Assembly (NCBI GenBank): GCA_036489735.1
Contig: DASXFF010000154.1
Coordinates: 494 to 64,493 of the forward strand
Direction: 5' to 3'
Source: Terracidiphilus sp.
GTDB taxonomy: Bacteria; Acidobacteriota; Terriglobia; Terriglobales; Acidobacteriaceae
Length of the DNA: 64,000 nucleotides
In this document: positions 19,128-28,986 of the stretch, one piece after another
Layout: every line of letters begins with the position of its first letter
Position numbering within the stretch: position 1 is the stretch's first letter
Notes under the pieces: model-generated
Told to the model about the DNA's origin: nothing
The model's input: only the letters and a program-made list of their open reading frames with translations
Database searches by the model: none
Position numbers and translations under genes: made by a program

Positions 19128-20990
19128 ATGCGCCGTCGAACCTTTATTCAGACGCTTCCACTGGCTGCCGCGGGGACGGCTGCCGCGATTCAGAGCAATG
19201 CATCGGGCCTGGGACAGGCGAGTGCGGGCCAAGGTGGCTCCGGTAAAACATCAGAGCTGCCGAAATTCCAACCTGCAGGCGCAGAGCAATTCATTCGCCC
19301 CGATGTACACGCTGGTGACCGACCGGCAGGCGCGAGCTTTGCCACGAGGTCGCCCGCGCTGGGCCTGAACGGAGCGGCGGGGACTGCGCATCCGCTGGCG
19401 ACACAGACGGCAATCGCGATGCTAAAGCGCGGAGGGTCCGCAGTGGACGCGGCGGTGGCCGCAAACGCCGTGCTTGGATTTGTAGAGCCGACGAGCAGCG
19501 GGCTGGGAGGAGATTGCTTTGCGTTCGTGTGGGACCCGGGAGCCGGCAAGGTGATGGGAATGGCCAGCTCGGGACGATCGCCAAAATCACTTTCGCTCGC
19601 CACTGTGCGTTCGCGCGCCGTGAATGGCCACATCCCCTCGGTGGGAGCGGTGACCGTGTCGACTCCGGGTGCGCTGGGCGGATGGTGGGCGCTGCACCAG
19701 CGCTATGGAAAGCTGAAGTGGGCAGAGCTGTTTGGGCCGGCGATTGAGGCTTGCGAGGCCGGCGATCCCGCGCCGCAGATTATCGGCTACTACATCAGCG
19801 GCAATTTGAAGTTTTTTCAACGCGCCGGATCGGCCATTGAAGAAACGGCCAATGCGATGAAGACCTACCTGCAGCCGGACGGCAAGCCGCCGCAGGAATA
19901 CGACGTGCGACGCAATCCGGACCTGGCGCACACCTACAAGATGATTGCCGAGGGCGGGCGCGACGCGTTTTATGATGGGCCCATCTCCAAAACCATCGAC
20001 GCATATTTCCAGCGCATCGGCGGATGGCTTTCTGCCGACGATCTGCGTGAGCACCAGGCGGAGTGGGTTGAGCCGCTGGTCACGAAGTATCGCGGCGTGG
20101 ATGTGTACGGAATGCCGGCGAACACGCAGGGATTGGCAACGCTGCAGATGCTGAATATCATCGAGCAATTTGACATGCGCGGCTATGGGTTTCAGTCGGC
20201 GAACGCGCTGCAGGTGCAGATTGAGGCGAAGCGGTTGGCGTATGAAGATCGCGCGCGGTACTACGCCGATCCGCATTTTGCGAAGATTCCGATTGAGTGG
20301 CTCATCTCGAAGGACTACGCGAAGGAACGCGCGAAGCTGATCCGGCTGGATGGCATTAACGAGCACGTTTCGCCGGGACAGGCGCCGAGCCACGGAGATA
20401 CGACGTACTTCACGACAGCCGACAAGGACGGCATGATGGTCTCGATCATCCAGTCGAATTTTCGTGGCATGGGATCGGGGCTCGTTGCAGATGGTTTGGG
20501 GTTTATGTTTCAAGACCGCGGGCAATTGTTTTCGCTGCAGGATGGACATCCGAATATTTACGCGCCGGGGAAACGGCCGTTCCAAACCATCATTCCGGGA
20601 TTTGCGGCGAAGGACGGCGTGCCGTGGCTCTCGTTCGGCGTGATGGGCGGCGACATGCAGCCGCAGGGGCAAACGCAGATTGTTTTGAACCGCGTGGACT
20701 ACGGGCTCGATGTGCAATCCGCGGCCGACAGCCCCCGCTGGCATCATGAGGGCTCATCGCAGTCGATGGGCGAAGATCAGCCGGGCTTGGGACCGCGCGG
20801 GATGCTGCGACTTGAGGCCGGGGTTCCGGCGGAGACGCGAAAAGCGCTCGCGGATCTGGGCTGGCCGATGGGCGAAAGCGATGGCGGATTCGGGCGCTAT
20901 GAATGCATTGAGCTCCGGAGGCAAGGAGCGACCCGAGTGTATGCGGCGGGCAGCGAGATGCGTTGCGATGCGGTTGCGCTGGCGTATTGA
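19128..20990 (+). CDS. ggt: Gamma-glutamyltransferase family protein with Tat signal
   Basis: MRRRTFI Tat motif; GGSAVDAAVA, DTTYF nucleophile Thr, PGKRPFQTIIP, GVMGG. Confidence 0.88.
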   Translation: MRRRTFIQTLPLAAAGTAAAIQSNASGLGQASAGQGGSGKTSELPKFQPAGAEQFIRPDVHAGDRPAGASFATRSPALGLNGAAGTAHPLATQTAIAMLKRGGSAVDAAVAANAVLGFVEPTSSGLGGDCFAFVWDPGAGKVMGMASSGRSPKSLSLATVRSRAVNGHIPSVGAVTVSTPGALGGWWALHQRYGKLKWAELFGPAIEACEAGDPAPQIIGYYISGNLKFFQRAGSAIEETANAMKTYLQPDGKPPQEYDVRRNPDLAHTYKMIAEGGRDAFYDGPISKTIDAYFQRIGGWLSADDLREHQAEWVEPLVTKYRGVDVYGMPANTQGLATLQMLNIIEQFDMRGYGFQSANALQVQIEAKRLAYEDRARYYADPHFAKIPIEWLISKDYAKERAKLIRLDGINEHVSPGQAPSHGDTTYFTTADKDGMMVSIIQSNFRGMGSGLVADGLGFMFQDRGQLFSLQDGHPNIYAPGKRPFQTIIPGFAAKDGVPWLSFGVMGGDMQPQGQTQIVLNRVDYGLDVQSAADSPRWHHEGSSQSMGEDQPGLGPRGMLRLEAGVPAETRKALADLGWPMGESDGGFGRYECIELRRQGATRVYAAGSEMRCDAVALAY

Positions 20991-21070
20991 GGCGCGGCAT
21001 GCTGCGCGAGGATTTTTCGCGCGCAGATGAACGCGTGCCATTCAGCTGTGCTGGCCCATGCTCCTTCCGA

Positions 21071-22012
21071 TTACTCGGCGGCCGGGTGCAGGTAGACCTC
21101 TCCCGGCGCGTCGACCTTGGCTTCTGCGCTGATTTTCAGTTTCAGATTCGCCATTTGCGCCTTTCCGCCAATCGGCGTCATGAACCTGAGCTCGTATTGG
21201 TTGTCGAGACGCCGGCCAATGTCAGAGAAGTACGGCTCTAAAGTGACCGGGTCGCCATTGCCTTGCCAGTAGCTGACGCCGCCTGTTGCCTCAGTCACTT
21301 CCGACAGCAGGTTCTGACCGGAGAAGGCCGCATAGCCGCTGCGATCGAATCGACCGGAGTTGCGCCAGTAGATGCTGTAGACGACGAGGTGCGATCGAAC
21401 AGCATCCTGGACGGCCGCCTGCACGTACGGATCTTCAGGATCGTAGCGCGGATTGTAATAGTCCACGCCGTCGGTAATCATCACAACTTCGCGGCGGGCG
21501 TTGAGGTCAGACGATGGCCAGTGCTTCGCAAGGTCGGAGAGGCAGAAATACGGGCTGGCGCTGATGCCGGCCCCGCCGGGCATCGTCAGGTGAAGCTCCC
21601 GAGCGGCCGCTGCGTGATCTGCGGTTAACGGCCCGGAGAAACGAGCCTCGCCGTTTTGCATATAGGCGACGGCGACCTTGGCGTCCGGCGGCAGTCCCTG
21701 GATGAAACGAGCCACGCCTGAGTACTGCAGGCCGAGGCTTTGGCGCGCTCCTTCGTCGATGAGCACGACCATTTCAACTTTGCCATCACGTCCGCGGAGA
21801 GGTGTCCAGCCAGTGACGGTGGAGTCTTTTCCGTCAACTTTCAGATGGAGCGCATCCTGGGAGATGCCGCCGGGGACTTCGTTTTTGGGCATCACGGTGA
21901 CAACGGCGCTTCCCTGCTGCTGGTTCGTGTTGTCGGCCGCGAATGCGGGAACGGCCGCGAGCAACGATCCGGCTGCCAACAGTGCGGCGAATTTAAGTTT
22001 TTGAATGTGCAT
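21071..22012 (-). CDS. Secreted VWA-like protein
   Basis: Signal peptide; VVLIDEG..S and VVMITDGVD strands, ATGG; AAGGAG RBS. Confidence 0.65.
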   Translation of the reverse strand: MHIQKLKFAALLAAGSLLAAVPAFAADNTNQQQGSAVVTVMPKNEVPGGISQDALHLKVDGKDSTVTGWTPLRGRDGKVEMVVLIDEGARQSLGLQYSGVARFIQGLPPDAKVAVAYMQNGEARFSGPLTADHAAAARELHLTMPGGAGISASPYFCLSDLAKHWPSSDLNARREVVMITDGVDYYNPRYDPEDPYVQAAVQDAVRSHLVVYSIYWRNSGRFDRSGYAAFSGQNLLSEVTEATGGVSYWQGNGDPVTLEPYFSDIGRRLDNQYELRFMTPIGGKAQMANLKLKISAEAKVDAPGEVYLHPAAE

Positions 22013-22377
22013 GGCTGTTGCTCCTTAATTAAAAAGCGGTTCGGCAAAAAACGACTCGACCGAGATGATTTTTGCTAATCGGGGAAGCCTTCCTCCCAAC
22101 CAATAGGTTCAACCCTGTTCCGATGGTTTAGATGTGCAAGGAAGGTGGGCGACTCAGGCGCGCGGAGACTCGCATCGAGGGAACCGCTTTGTTTGTCGGC
22201 AATTGCGAGGGCATGAAAATGAAATCGGACGTTCGCCGGCCGTTAGAAGGCCACCCCGCAGCTGGTACGAAGCTAGTCTTCGACGAAAGTTTCAAGGCGC
22301 AACGGATTGGTTGCATATCGAACGAAGCCAAAATCCCAGCAGCGGAAACGGTTGGGAGACCAGGTTCGACGGCTGCG

Positions 22378-24045
22378 CTAGGACGTGGGCGGATTCGGCC
22401 CGAGTTGCGTCTTGATGGTGTTGTACTGGTCCTGGGTGAGCGGTAGCACTTGCATGCCTGAAGGCCCGATTTCAATCTGTGCCGGAGCGGACATGGTGGG
22501 TCCGGCGGCCGCGTTCTTCGGCGTGAAGGCGACGGCGCCGGTAATCAGGTCGATTTCAATGGCGTTGCCGGCGGGGTTCAATTTTGTGATGAACTCCGTG
22601 CCTCGGATGCCAATGCCGCCAACCTGAGTTTCTATATTGACGTTTTCGCTGTTTTTCTTCCCGATCAATCCGCTGACGTATTGAAAAGCTCCCTGAAGAA
22701 AGCTGTAGCGCGAGGCGCTGGGCCCGTTGCCGCTGGGATCGTAGACGTAGTCGTCGACCAGAAGCTTGCCGTTTTCGCTCATGGTGAGTTGCGTGTTGTC
22801 ACTGAAGAGAATGTAGGCGCGGCTTTGCGGTCCAGTGAGAATGGTGTCGTTCATGCCGATGCTGTCGCCGGCCTTGAGCGGAACGGGAGTATTCGAGCCG
22901 GCACGAATCACGCTGGCAGTCCCTTCAAGCGACATCACGTTGCCGGCGGGCGTTGACGCCGAACCTTGCGAAACCACCGGGACCTGTCCGAGCGCCTGCG
23001 CGCCACGGCCCTGCGAGTAGCCGAGCATGCCCTGCATGAGGTTGTAGATCGTGGCGAATGTTCCCTCGCCGGCGGGTGTGGTTTGCGGCTCGCCGTATGC
23101 GGCGCGAACCAGGTGCGGGGCGAGAGACGGAGTCGGGCCGGCATTGCGCGCATTTACGGTGGAAGGCGGCAGCACCCGGATCATCATTACGTTGTTGGTG
23201 GCCATGTTGCCGCCTGCGATTTCAAGCTTCATGTAGACCTGGCCCTTGACGCGCTCGGTCCATGGGCCATTCTCGGCTTTGACCGGGGTGTAAAGGCCGC
23301 TCTGTTGGCCTTGAAACAGAGTCTGGTCGCGGATCTGATCGTTGGTATTTTGCGCGAGAAGGATGGAGCGCTGGCGCTCGGCGCTGAGAGCAAGCTGGCC
23401 GGGCGTGCCCATTTTGGCGAGGATGGCATCGAGTGGCGGAAGCTTCGCGGTTCTGGCGGCGTTGTTATAAGTGGTTTCAAGGTTAGTGACGAAGTTGCTG
23501 TTGATCTGGCTTTTAAAATCGGGAATCACCTGATCGACGATGGCTTGGTAGCTTTTTGGCATTTGGGCGTAAGAAAGGCCGGACTGGATAGCCCAGGAGA
23601 CTGCCTGCAGGGAGTTGGGATTGATGTTGTACTGGACGGTTCCGCGCCAGATGAGCGCGCCGATGGCTCCGGCGGCTTTGCCTTCGTAGGGCCCGAGAAT
23701 GTAAGCCACGCCGGCGCCGGGCTCGTGCACGGAATACTCCGAACAGAAATCGAGTGTGTTGATGGTGTAGTCGCCGGGAGCCAGCGGCTCATTGAGGTCC
23801 GCGGCCGTGAGCTTGAGGGGAGTGGGATTGAATGGGCCGCCGGGCGGATTGGTGACGGTCGGATACACGTCGTTGGCGTTCAAGGTGAGAGGGAGCTGAT
23901 TGTTCAGCAGCGTTTCAATGGCCGTTTCCGCAGCTTTCTCTTTGGCCGCATTCTCGAGTTCGGCGAGCGGATTCTGGGCGGCGCAGGCGGCGGCGAGGGT
24001 TGCGGGCAAAACGATCGACAGCAACATTGACCGGCGAATCTTCAT
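22378..24045 (-). CDS. Secreted protein with C-terminal FecR-like domain
   Basis: Signal peptide; LKAGDSI...TGPQSRAYILFSDNT...IGIRGTEF is a FecR-domain pattern. Confidence 0.75.
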   Translation of the reverse strand: MKIRRSMLLSIVLPATLAAACAAQNPLAELENAAKEKAAETAIETLLNNQLPLTLNANDVYPTVTNPPGGPFNPTPLKLTAADLNEPLAPGDYTINTLDFCSEYSVHEPGAGVAYILGPYEGKAAGAIGALIWRGTVQYNINPNSLQAVSWAIQSGLSYAQMPKSYQAIVDQVIPDFKSQINSNFVTNLETTYNNAARTAKLPPLDAILAKMGTPGQLALSAERQRSILLAQNTNDQIRDQTLFQGQQSGLYTPVKAENGPWTERVKGQVYMKLEIAGGNMATNNVMMIRVLPPSTVNARNAGPTPSLAPHLVRAAYGEPQTTPAGEGTFATIYNLMQGMLGYSQGRGAQALGQVPVVSQGSASTPAGNVMSLEGTASVIRAGSNTPVPLKAGDSIGMNDTILTGPQSRAYILFSDNTQLTMSENGKLLVDDYVYDPSGNGPSASRYSFLQGAFQYVSGLIGKKNSENVNIETQVGGIGIRGTEFITKLNPAGNAIEIDLITGAVAFTPKNAAAGPTMSAPAQIEIGPSGMQVLPLTQDQYNTIKTQLGPNPPTS

Positions 24046-24289
24046 CTGTATCTTCCTCTGAAAGTGTGGAAAAGCAGTTTTCGTTTCCGCGAAGTCAATG
24101 AACACACGTGGGGAGGGTGTGCTGAACGATGAGCTGCGCGTTCAGAAACGCGATGAGACCAAAATTGAAAAGCCGCGATGGGGCGTCGGGCAGGCACGGT
24201 GCGAGGACCCGCGCAGGCCGAACATACTGGAATCGACGGACCGAGTCAACGAAAAGACGAACTTTAAATTGCCGGCAATCATGTACGTG

Positions 24290-24325
24290 CGTGCCCATAT
24301 CCCAAAATCGAGGTCTGCGGCAGCC
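24290..24325. repeat. Degenerate REP-like element
   Basis: CCCATATCCCAAAATCGAGGTCTGCGGCAGCC resembles copies at 36434 and 51802. Confidence 0.5.
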
Positions 24326-24501
24326 GTTTCTCGAATACGCGCCAATTTGAACGCGATGAATGCCGCCGCGAAGCCTGCGGATTGTTGTGCTCGTTTTGTG
24401 CCGCACGGTCAGCGGCAATTTTGTTGATTGAAAAGTTATTTCCGAGCAGGCGGCCACCCGCCGGCGATGGCCGCAATTGCGCGTACCGTTCCTTCCACGC
24501 G

Positions 24502-24625
24502 CTGTCATCCTTCGGCTGCGCCTCAGGATGACAGAGCCTTAGTTTGGGTTCCGAGCATAGTACGAAGAGCAACCGCGGATCTTTCGACTCCGGCCGCAAA
24601 GGCGACCTTGGCTCAAGATGACAGC
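24502..24625. repeat. GTCATCC-family REP-like palindromes
   Basis: CTGTCATCCT...AGGATGACAG hairpin, then reverse unit GATCTTTCGACTC...GCTCAAGATGACAG. Confidence 0.75.
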
Positions 24626-24685
24626 CTGAGGGTGAGATTGAGCTCGAAGTTCCGCTCATGCCGAATTCTTCTTTGGGACTCGCTT

Positions 24686-25324
24686 TTAATAGAACAAGTA
24701 TTTGCGCCAGCGGTCGTCGCTGCGGCCGAGCATGCGCATAATCTGGCGGCTGGTATGGAGCGAAAAGGGGCGCGGCTCACGCAACAGAATCATGTCGTCG
24801 ATTTCGTCGAGGAGACGATTGCCTTTTCTGCGGTTGCACTCATGGCAGCAGGCGACGAGATTTTCCCATGTGGAGTTGCCGCCGCGGGAGCGCGGAACTA
24901 CGTGATCGAGCGTAAGCTCGCCGGGTGGATAGGCCTCTCCACAGTACTGGCAGGTGTTGCGGTCGCGGAGCAGAATGTTTTTGCGCGAGAGGGCGCGGGT
25001 CTGGTGCGGAATGCGGCGATACTCGAGCAGGCGAATCACCGAGGGCATGGCGATGATGGTGCGCTGCGCGTGGAGCGAGAGGCCGTGCTCCTCCTCAGTG
25101 CGCGCAATGCCCTTGAGCACCAGCACCAGTGCGCGCCGCGCGCCGCAAATGTTGATTGGCTCATAGGAGGCATTGAGCACGAGGACCGGCATCTGCAGGA
25201 TGTGCGCGTGGGCATGGGGCGCGGCGCCGTGGTCGGCCGCCAGAACGACAGCTTTAGTGATTGCCTTCTGCTTGCGCGCGTGAATCATGGCTTTTCCCAA
25301 CGACATCTCTTCCCCCGGAATCAA
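24686..25324 (-). CDS. HNH endonuclease (McrA-like)
   Basis: [48 protein letters not shown]. Confidence 0.92.
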   Translation of the reverse strand: MIPGEEMSLGKAMIHARKQKAITKAVVLAADHGAAPHAHAHILQMPVLVLNASYEPINICGARRALVLVLKGIARTEEEHGLSLHAQRTIIAMPSVIRLLEYRRIPHQTRALSRKNILLRDRNTCQYCGEAYPPGELTLDHVVPRSRGGNSTWENLVACCHECNRRKGNRLLDEIDDMILLREPRPFSLHTSRQIMRMLGRSDDRWRKYLFY

Positions 25325-26277
25325 AAAGATCGTTGTTCACCCACGGTTGACGAACTCGTTTCTCCTGCCTGTAGGCCTGCGTTGGTGACTGCTTGGTCTT
25401 CGAACTCGCTTTCTTCGGAAGTTGATTCGGCCCGCGTGGCGTCGAACGTTGAACGGCTGAATCCAACGGCACGCTGTGCGCGGGCCAGCGTGGCAACCCA
25501 AACTGAGGCCGCGCCCGCTTTGAGCAGTGTTTGCGCGGCTGCTCGCGCGGTGGCGCCGGTGGTCATGATGTCATCGACCAGCAAAATGTGCTGCGCCTGT
25601 ACTTGAGACGGATCGGAAACGGAAAACGCACCGCGCACGTTGAGGCGGCGCTGGCGCGGGGTGAGGCCGGCCTGCGTATCGGTGGCGCGCAGGCGCATCA
25701 GCGTGCTCGGGGCGAGCGTGAGGCGCCACTGTGGATGCGTCTTGCGAAGGGATTGAAGGGCCTCCACGGCAAGCGAGCGCGACTGATTGAAACCGCGCTG
25801 CGCATATTTCGAGCGGTGCAACGGGACCGGAACCACCAGCATTTCGTCGGGAGCCTCTGCAGCGAGCTGCGCGATGGCCTCGGCCAACATGCGACCCAAT
25901 CCGCGCGCCGCCGGGTGCAAGCGGTCGTACTTCAGGGCATGAATTGCGTCCCGCATGTGGCCCTGGTAGATGCCATAGGAGACCGCGCGGACAAACGGCG
26001 GCGGGGCCATGCGGCATGGACGGCAAAGCATTGAATTCGAGGGGTTTAAAGGAGGGCCGACGGAGTCTCCGCAGCGTGCGCAGACTGTGCCGGCCTGGAC
26101 GGAGAATTCCGACCAGCAAACACCGCAAATTGGAACGGAAGAGAGCTGCGGCAGAGACGAGCCGCAAAGGTCGCAGGAAGAGGGGAAAAGCGCACAACTC
26201 AAACTATCGATTGGACTTCGGAGCACGCGAACTACGGCACGCCACCGCGCTGTCGGCGCTAATGAAACGTCGGTCAT
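25321..26277 (-). CDS. comF: ComF family protein (zinc ribbon plus PRTase-like domain)
   Basis: Repeated Cxx[25 protein letters not shown]. Confidence 0.9.
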   Translation of the reverse strand: MTDVSLAPTARWRAVVRVLRSPIDSLSCALFPSSCDLCGSSLPQLSSVPICGVCWSEFSVQAGTVCARCGDSVGPPLNPSNSMLCRPCRMAPPPFVRAVSYGIYQGHMRDAIHALKYDRLHPAARGLGRMLAEAIAQLAAEAPDEMLVVPVPLHRSKYAQRGFNQSRSLAVEALQSLRKTHPQWRLTLAPSTLMRLRATDTQAGLTPRQRRLNVRGAFSVSDPSQVQAQHILLVDDIMTTGATARAAAQTLLKAGAASVWVATLARAQRAVGFSRSTFDATRAESTSEESEFEDQAVTNAGLQAGETSSSTVGEQRSF

Positions 26278-26515
26278 GCGGATGGCGATGTCTCTTGTGA
26301 AGACGCACCTCGCGATGGGGCAACGCCGAGCCGGACGAAAAACGGATCAGGGCCCAATGCGGAAAGTATAACTTATTGCAGAAATTCCGGTGGCCCACCG
26401 GCGTTCGATGAGCCAGCTGCGATCGACGTCAGAGCAGAAACACAGCGGGGCAGGAGAGCGAAAGAAGCTTGCGCTTCCGTCGATTGCCTGCCCCGCGATG
26501 TTTCTGCAGTGTTAA

Positions 26516-26785
26516 TTAGCCGTGGTGCGCGTGCTGCCGATCGCTCTCGCGCTGGCGCTCGCGTTCCTGTTCTCTTCCCTTTTCCTGTTCTTGCTCGCGA
26601 TCGACGTTCGCGGCTCCCTCGCGTGCCGCGTCCTTCACGTTGCCGACGACCTTTTGCGCTTTACCCTTGACTTGTTGCGCCGCTCCTTCCACTTGAGCGT
26701 TAGTGTCGCCGGTCCACTCGCCTACCTGGCGCTTGGCGCGTCCGGCAGCATCGTTCACCGCACCTTTAATCCGATCCTTATCCAT
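26516..26785 (-). CDS. CsbD-family stress protein
   Basis: MDKDRIKG...GEWTGD...EG...KGKAQ; GGAGG RBS. Confidence 0.88.
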   Translation of the reverse strand: MDKDRIKGAVNDAAGRAKRQVGEWTGDTNAQVEGAAQQVKGKAQKVVGNVKDAAREGAANVDREQEQEKGREQERERQRESDRQHAHHG

Positions 26786-26899
26786 GATTCCACCTCCGTG
26801 GGGTTTTCCTTCGATATGTATGGGGCGCCCCGGTTGAGCGCCTGCCCTTAAATGCGCGAAGCCACCGTCAATTCCCACCTGCCCTAAAAAAGCTGGCGC

Positions 26900-27049
26900 C
26901 TAAACGGCTCTGCGTCCCGTGATCAGCTGGATGACAAGCACCACGAGTGCGATCACGAGAAGAATGTGAATGAATCCGCCGAGTGTATACGACGAAACGA
27001 CTCCAATCAACCACAGCACAAGAAGAATTACAAAGATCGTCCAAAGCAT
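26900..27049 (-). CDS. 49-aa small membrane protein, lmo0937-like (not in ORF track)
   Basis: Own translation MLWTIFVILLVLWLIGVVSSYTLGGFIHILLVIALVVLVIQLITGRRAV; GGAGG RBS. Confidence 0.85.
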   Translation of the reverse strand: MLWTIFVILLVLWLIGVVSSYTLGGFIHILLVIALVVLVIQLITGRRAV

Positions 27050-27354
27050 CGTTCACCTCCCGGTGAATTCTCCTTTACCACTCCCGCTTTGACGCCCAGC
27101 CCTGTGCGCGGGTTGTTCATTCAATTTTTTTCCATTGGGCAAACCAGCGCGAAGCAACAACGCCTGCCCCCGTGAATCAATTCGGTGATGCAACCGCTAT
27201 GCGGAGGTACGCATCGTGAAGCGCGACTGCGGGTTTGCCGCAGAGAATCTTTTTCCCCGTCAAAAGTAACCGTTGATATCGATAGAGGCATCACAGAAAA
27301 AGGTTTGGGAGTCGCATCCCCGCAACGAGAGGGAAGCGCGCCAAGGAGAGCGGC

Positions 27355-27504
27355 ATGCTATTGCTGATCATTCTCATCGTGCTGATTTTGGGATTTGGAT
27401 ATGGCGGTTATCGGGTGGGGCCAGGATGGGGATACTACGGCGGAGGAGGCATCAGCCTGATCCTCACGATTATTCTGATCCTGCTCTTGCTGAAGGTGAT
27501 TTGA
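27355..27504 (+). CDS. 49-aa small membrane protein, DUF3309-like (not in ORF track)
   Basis: Own translation MLLLIILIVLILGFGYGGYRVGPGWGYYGGGGISLILTIILILLLLKVI; AAGGAG RBS. Confidence 0.82.
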   Translation: MLLLIILIVLILGFGYGGYRVGPGWGYYGGGGISLILTIILILLLLKVI

Positions 27505-27605
27505 CACGAAGGCGCAAGCGCGCGCGGGGGATAAGATGCAATGTGTCGCTCGCGCGATCCAATGCACGGTCCCTGTTCGAGCGGGCCAACGCTCTTGTTT
27601 AAAAA

Positions 27606-28565
27606 CTAGAAGACGCCCGCCATGTAGGCTTCCGCGGGATGCAGGTTCTCCACCTTTGAGCCGCATTCGGCGAGAACCACCGGCGAGAGCGTGATCACGG
27701 GGCACTGCGTGTGTGCCAGCATTTTATAGACCACACCGTGCCGGGTAATGGCCGCGAAGGCAGATGCGCCTTGCGCACCGAGGACAATAAGATCGGCGTG
27801 TTGCGCGCGGCTCTGATAGAGCAACTCTTCAGTGGGATCGCCGGGAACAACAACGGTCTGGACGGCAATTTGGCCTTCGAGATTGCGCGGGACGAGTGCG
27901 AGCATCGCGGCCTCGACTTCGTCGAGAGAGCGGCCGGCGAGGAATTCCGCGCGGTGCTGTGGACGGATGACATGCTGCAGGATCAGACGCGCCTCGTGCT
28001 GCACGGCCAACTCGGCGGCAAACGCGGCGACGATGGTGCTGGCTTCATTCATTCTGACGGCGCAGAGAATGGATCGCGTGGCAAAATTGCGATAACTTCC
28101 GTCGACGACTTCCGGCCCGATGACGTAGACCGGCGATGTCGCAGTGCGCAATACAGCCTCGGCGACCGAACCCACCAGTAGTTTGCCGATGGGACCGGGT
28201 GAGTGTGTGCCCATCACGATGCGGTCAATCTGGCGCTCGCGCGTAAAGGCGAAAATTTCATCGGCGGGCAGTCCCGGGCGCGCAATTACTTCACACTTCA
28301 AGCCGGCCTCGCGAATGCGCGCGGCAAGCGGTTCGAGGTGGTCCTTCTCACTGCGCGCGGCAGCTGCGTAGTCGTAGTAACGAATGCCCGAGGCTTCCGA
28401 AGCAGCGGCTACCAGAGTGTCAAAGGCGTGAAAGAGGATGAGGTTGGAACCGAATTCCCGGGCTTGAGCGAGGGCAAACGAGAAAGCCCTTTCGTTATGC
28501 GGCAACTCAGTCGCGAACAGAATGGTGGAGGGCTTTGTCCAGCCTGGCTTTAATAGGGCGGCCAT
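27606..28565 (-). CDS. Tandem-domain universal stress protein
   Basis: ILFATE, IVMGTH...LLVGSVAEAVLR, second domain DLIVLGA...CPVIT; AAGGAGG RBS. Confidence 0.9.
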   Translation of the reverse strand: MAALLKPGWTKPSTILFATELPHNERAFSFALAQAREFGSNLILFHAFDTLVAAASEASGIRYYDYAAAARSEKDHLEPLAARIREAGLKCEVIARPGLPADEIFAFTRERQIDRIVMGTHSPGPIGKLLVGSVAEAVLRTATSPVYVIGPEVVDGSYRNFATRSILCAVRMNEASTIVAAFAAELAVQHEARLILQHVIRPQHRAEFLAGRSLDEVEAAMLALVPRNLEGQIAVQTVVVPGDPTEELLYQSRAQHADLIVLGAQGASAFAAITRHGVVYKMLAHTQCPVITLSPVVLAECGSKVENLHPAEAYMAGVF

Positions 28566-28641
28566 GGGTACCTCCTTATGGTGCGTTCAAATAGTGGCAG
28601 CGGCAGTGCTCGATTTGCGGTGTTCGGCCGCACATAAGACC

Positions 28642-28655
28642 GTGATCTGACTCAC
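28642..28655. promoter_or_regulatory. CRP/FNR-family box upstream of USP gene
   Basis: GTGA-TCTGAC-TCAC. Confidence 0.5.
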
Positions 28656-28835
28656 CCTACGGGGATTGGTCACCGAAACGGCGGTTTGCCAGCTTAAGGC
28701 GCCGGCTGCGACACTCCCGCACTTTCACTATCGGCTCGGGCCGAGGCATGCGGCGTTGCCGGTGAAAGAATTGTGGTCCTGTTTCCCGTTTTTGTCCAGA
28801 AAAGGGATTTAGCAATTCCAAACCTACCCCGCAAG

Positions 28836-28850
28836 GTGATCCCAATCACA
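28836..28850. promoter_or_regulatory. CRP/FNR-family box upstream of radical SAM gene
   Basis: GTGA-TCCCAA-TCACA. Confidence 0.55.
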
Positions 28851-28986
28851 GCCTCACCCAGCTAAACGGTGGTCTTCTGGACCGGAATCGTGACGCGGAG
28901 AAGGGGGACTATCCCCGAAATCTCAGGCGTCCAAAGCCCCAGACGCTCCAAATTTCCGGAGCCCAGCGATTTCAGCAGGAGGCCCT

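Noticed and set aside
22128-22475. Short ORFs between the VWA-like and FecR-like genes
   Set aside because: No recognisable motif, RBS or coding bias; probably non-coding.
24686-25324. Prophage or homing-element origin of the HNH gene (likewise the imm gene)
   Set aside because: No terminase, capsid, integrase or intron context; codon usage is host-like.
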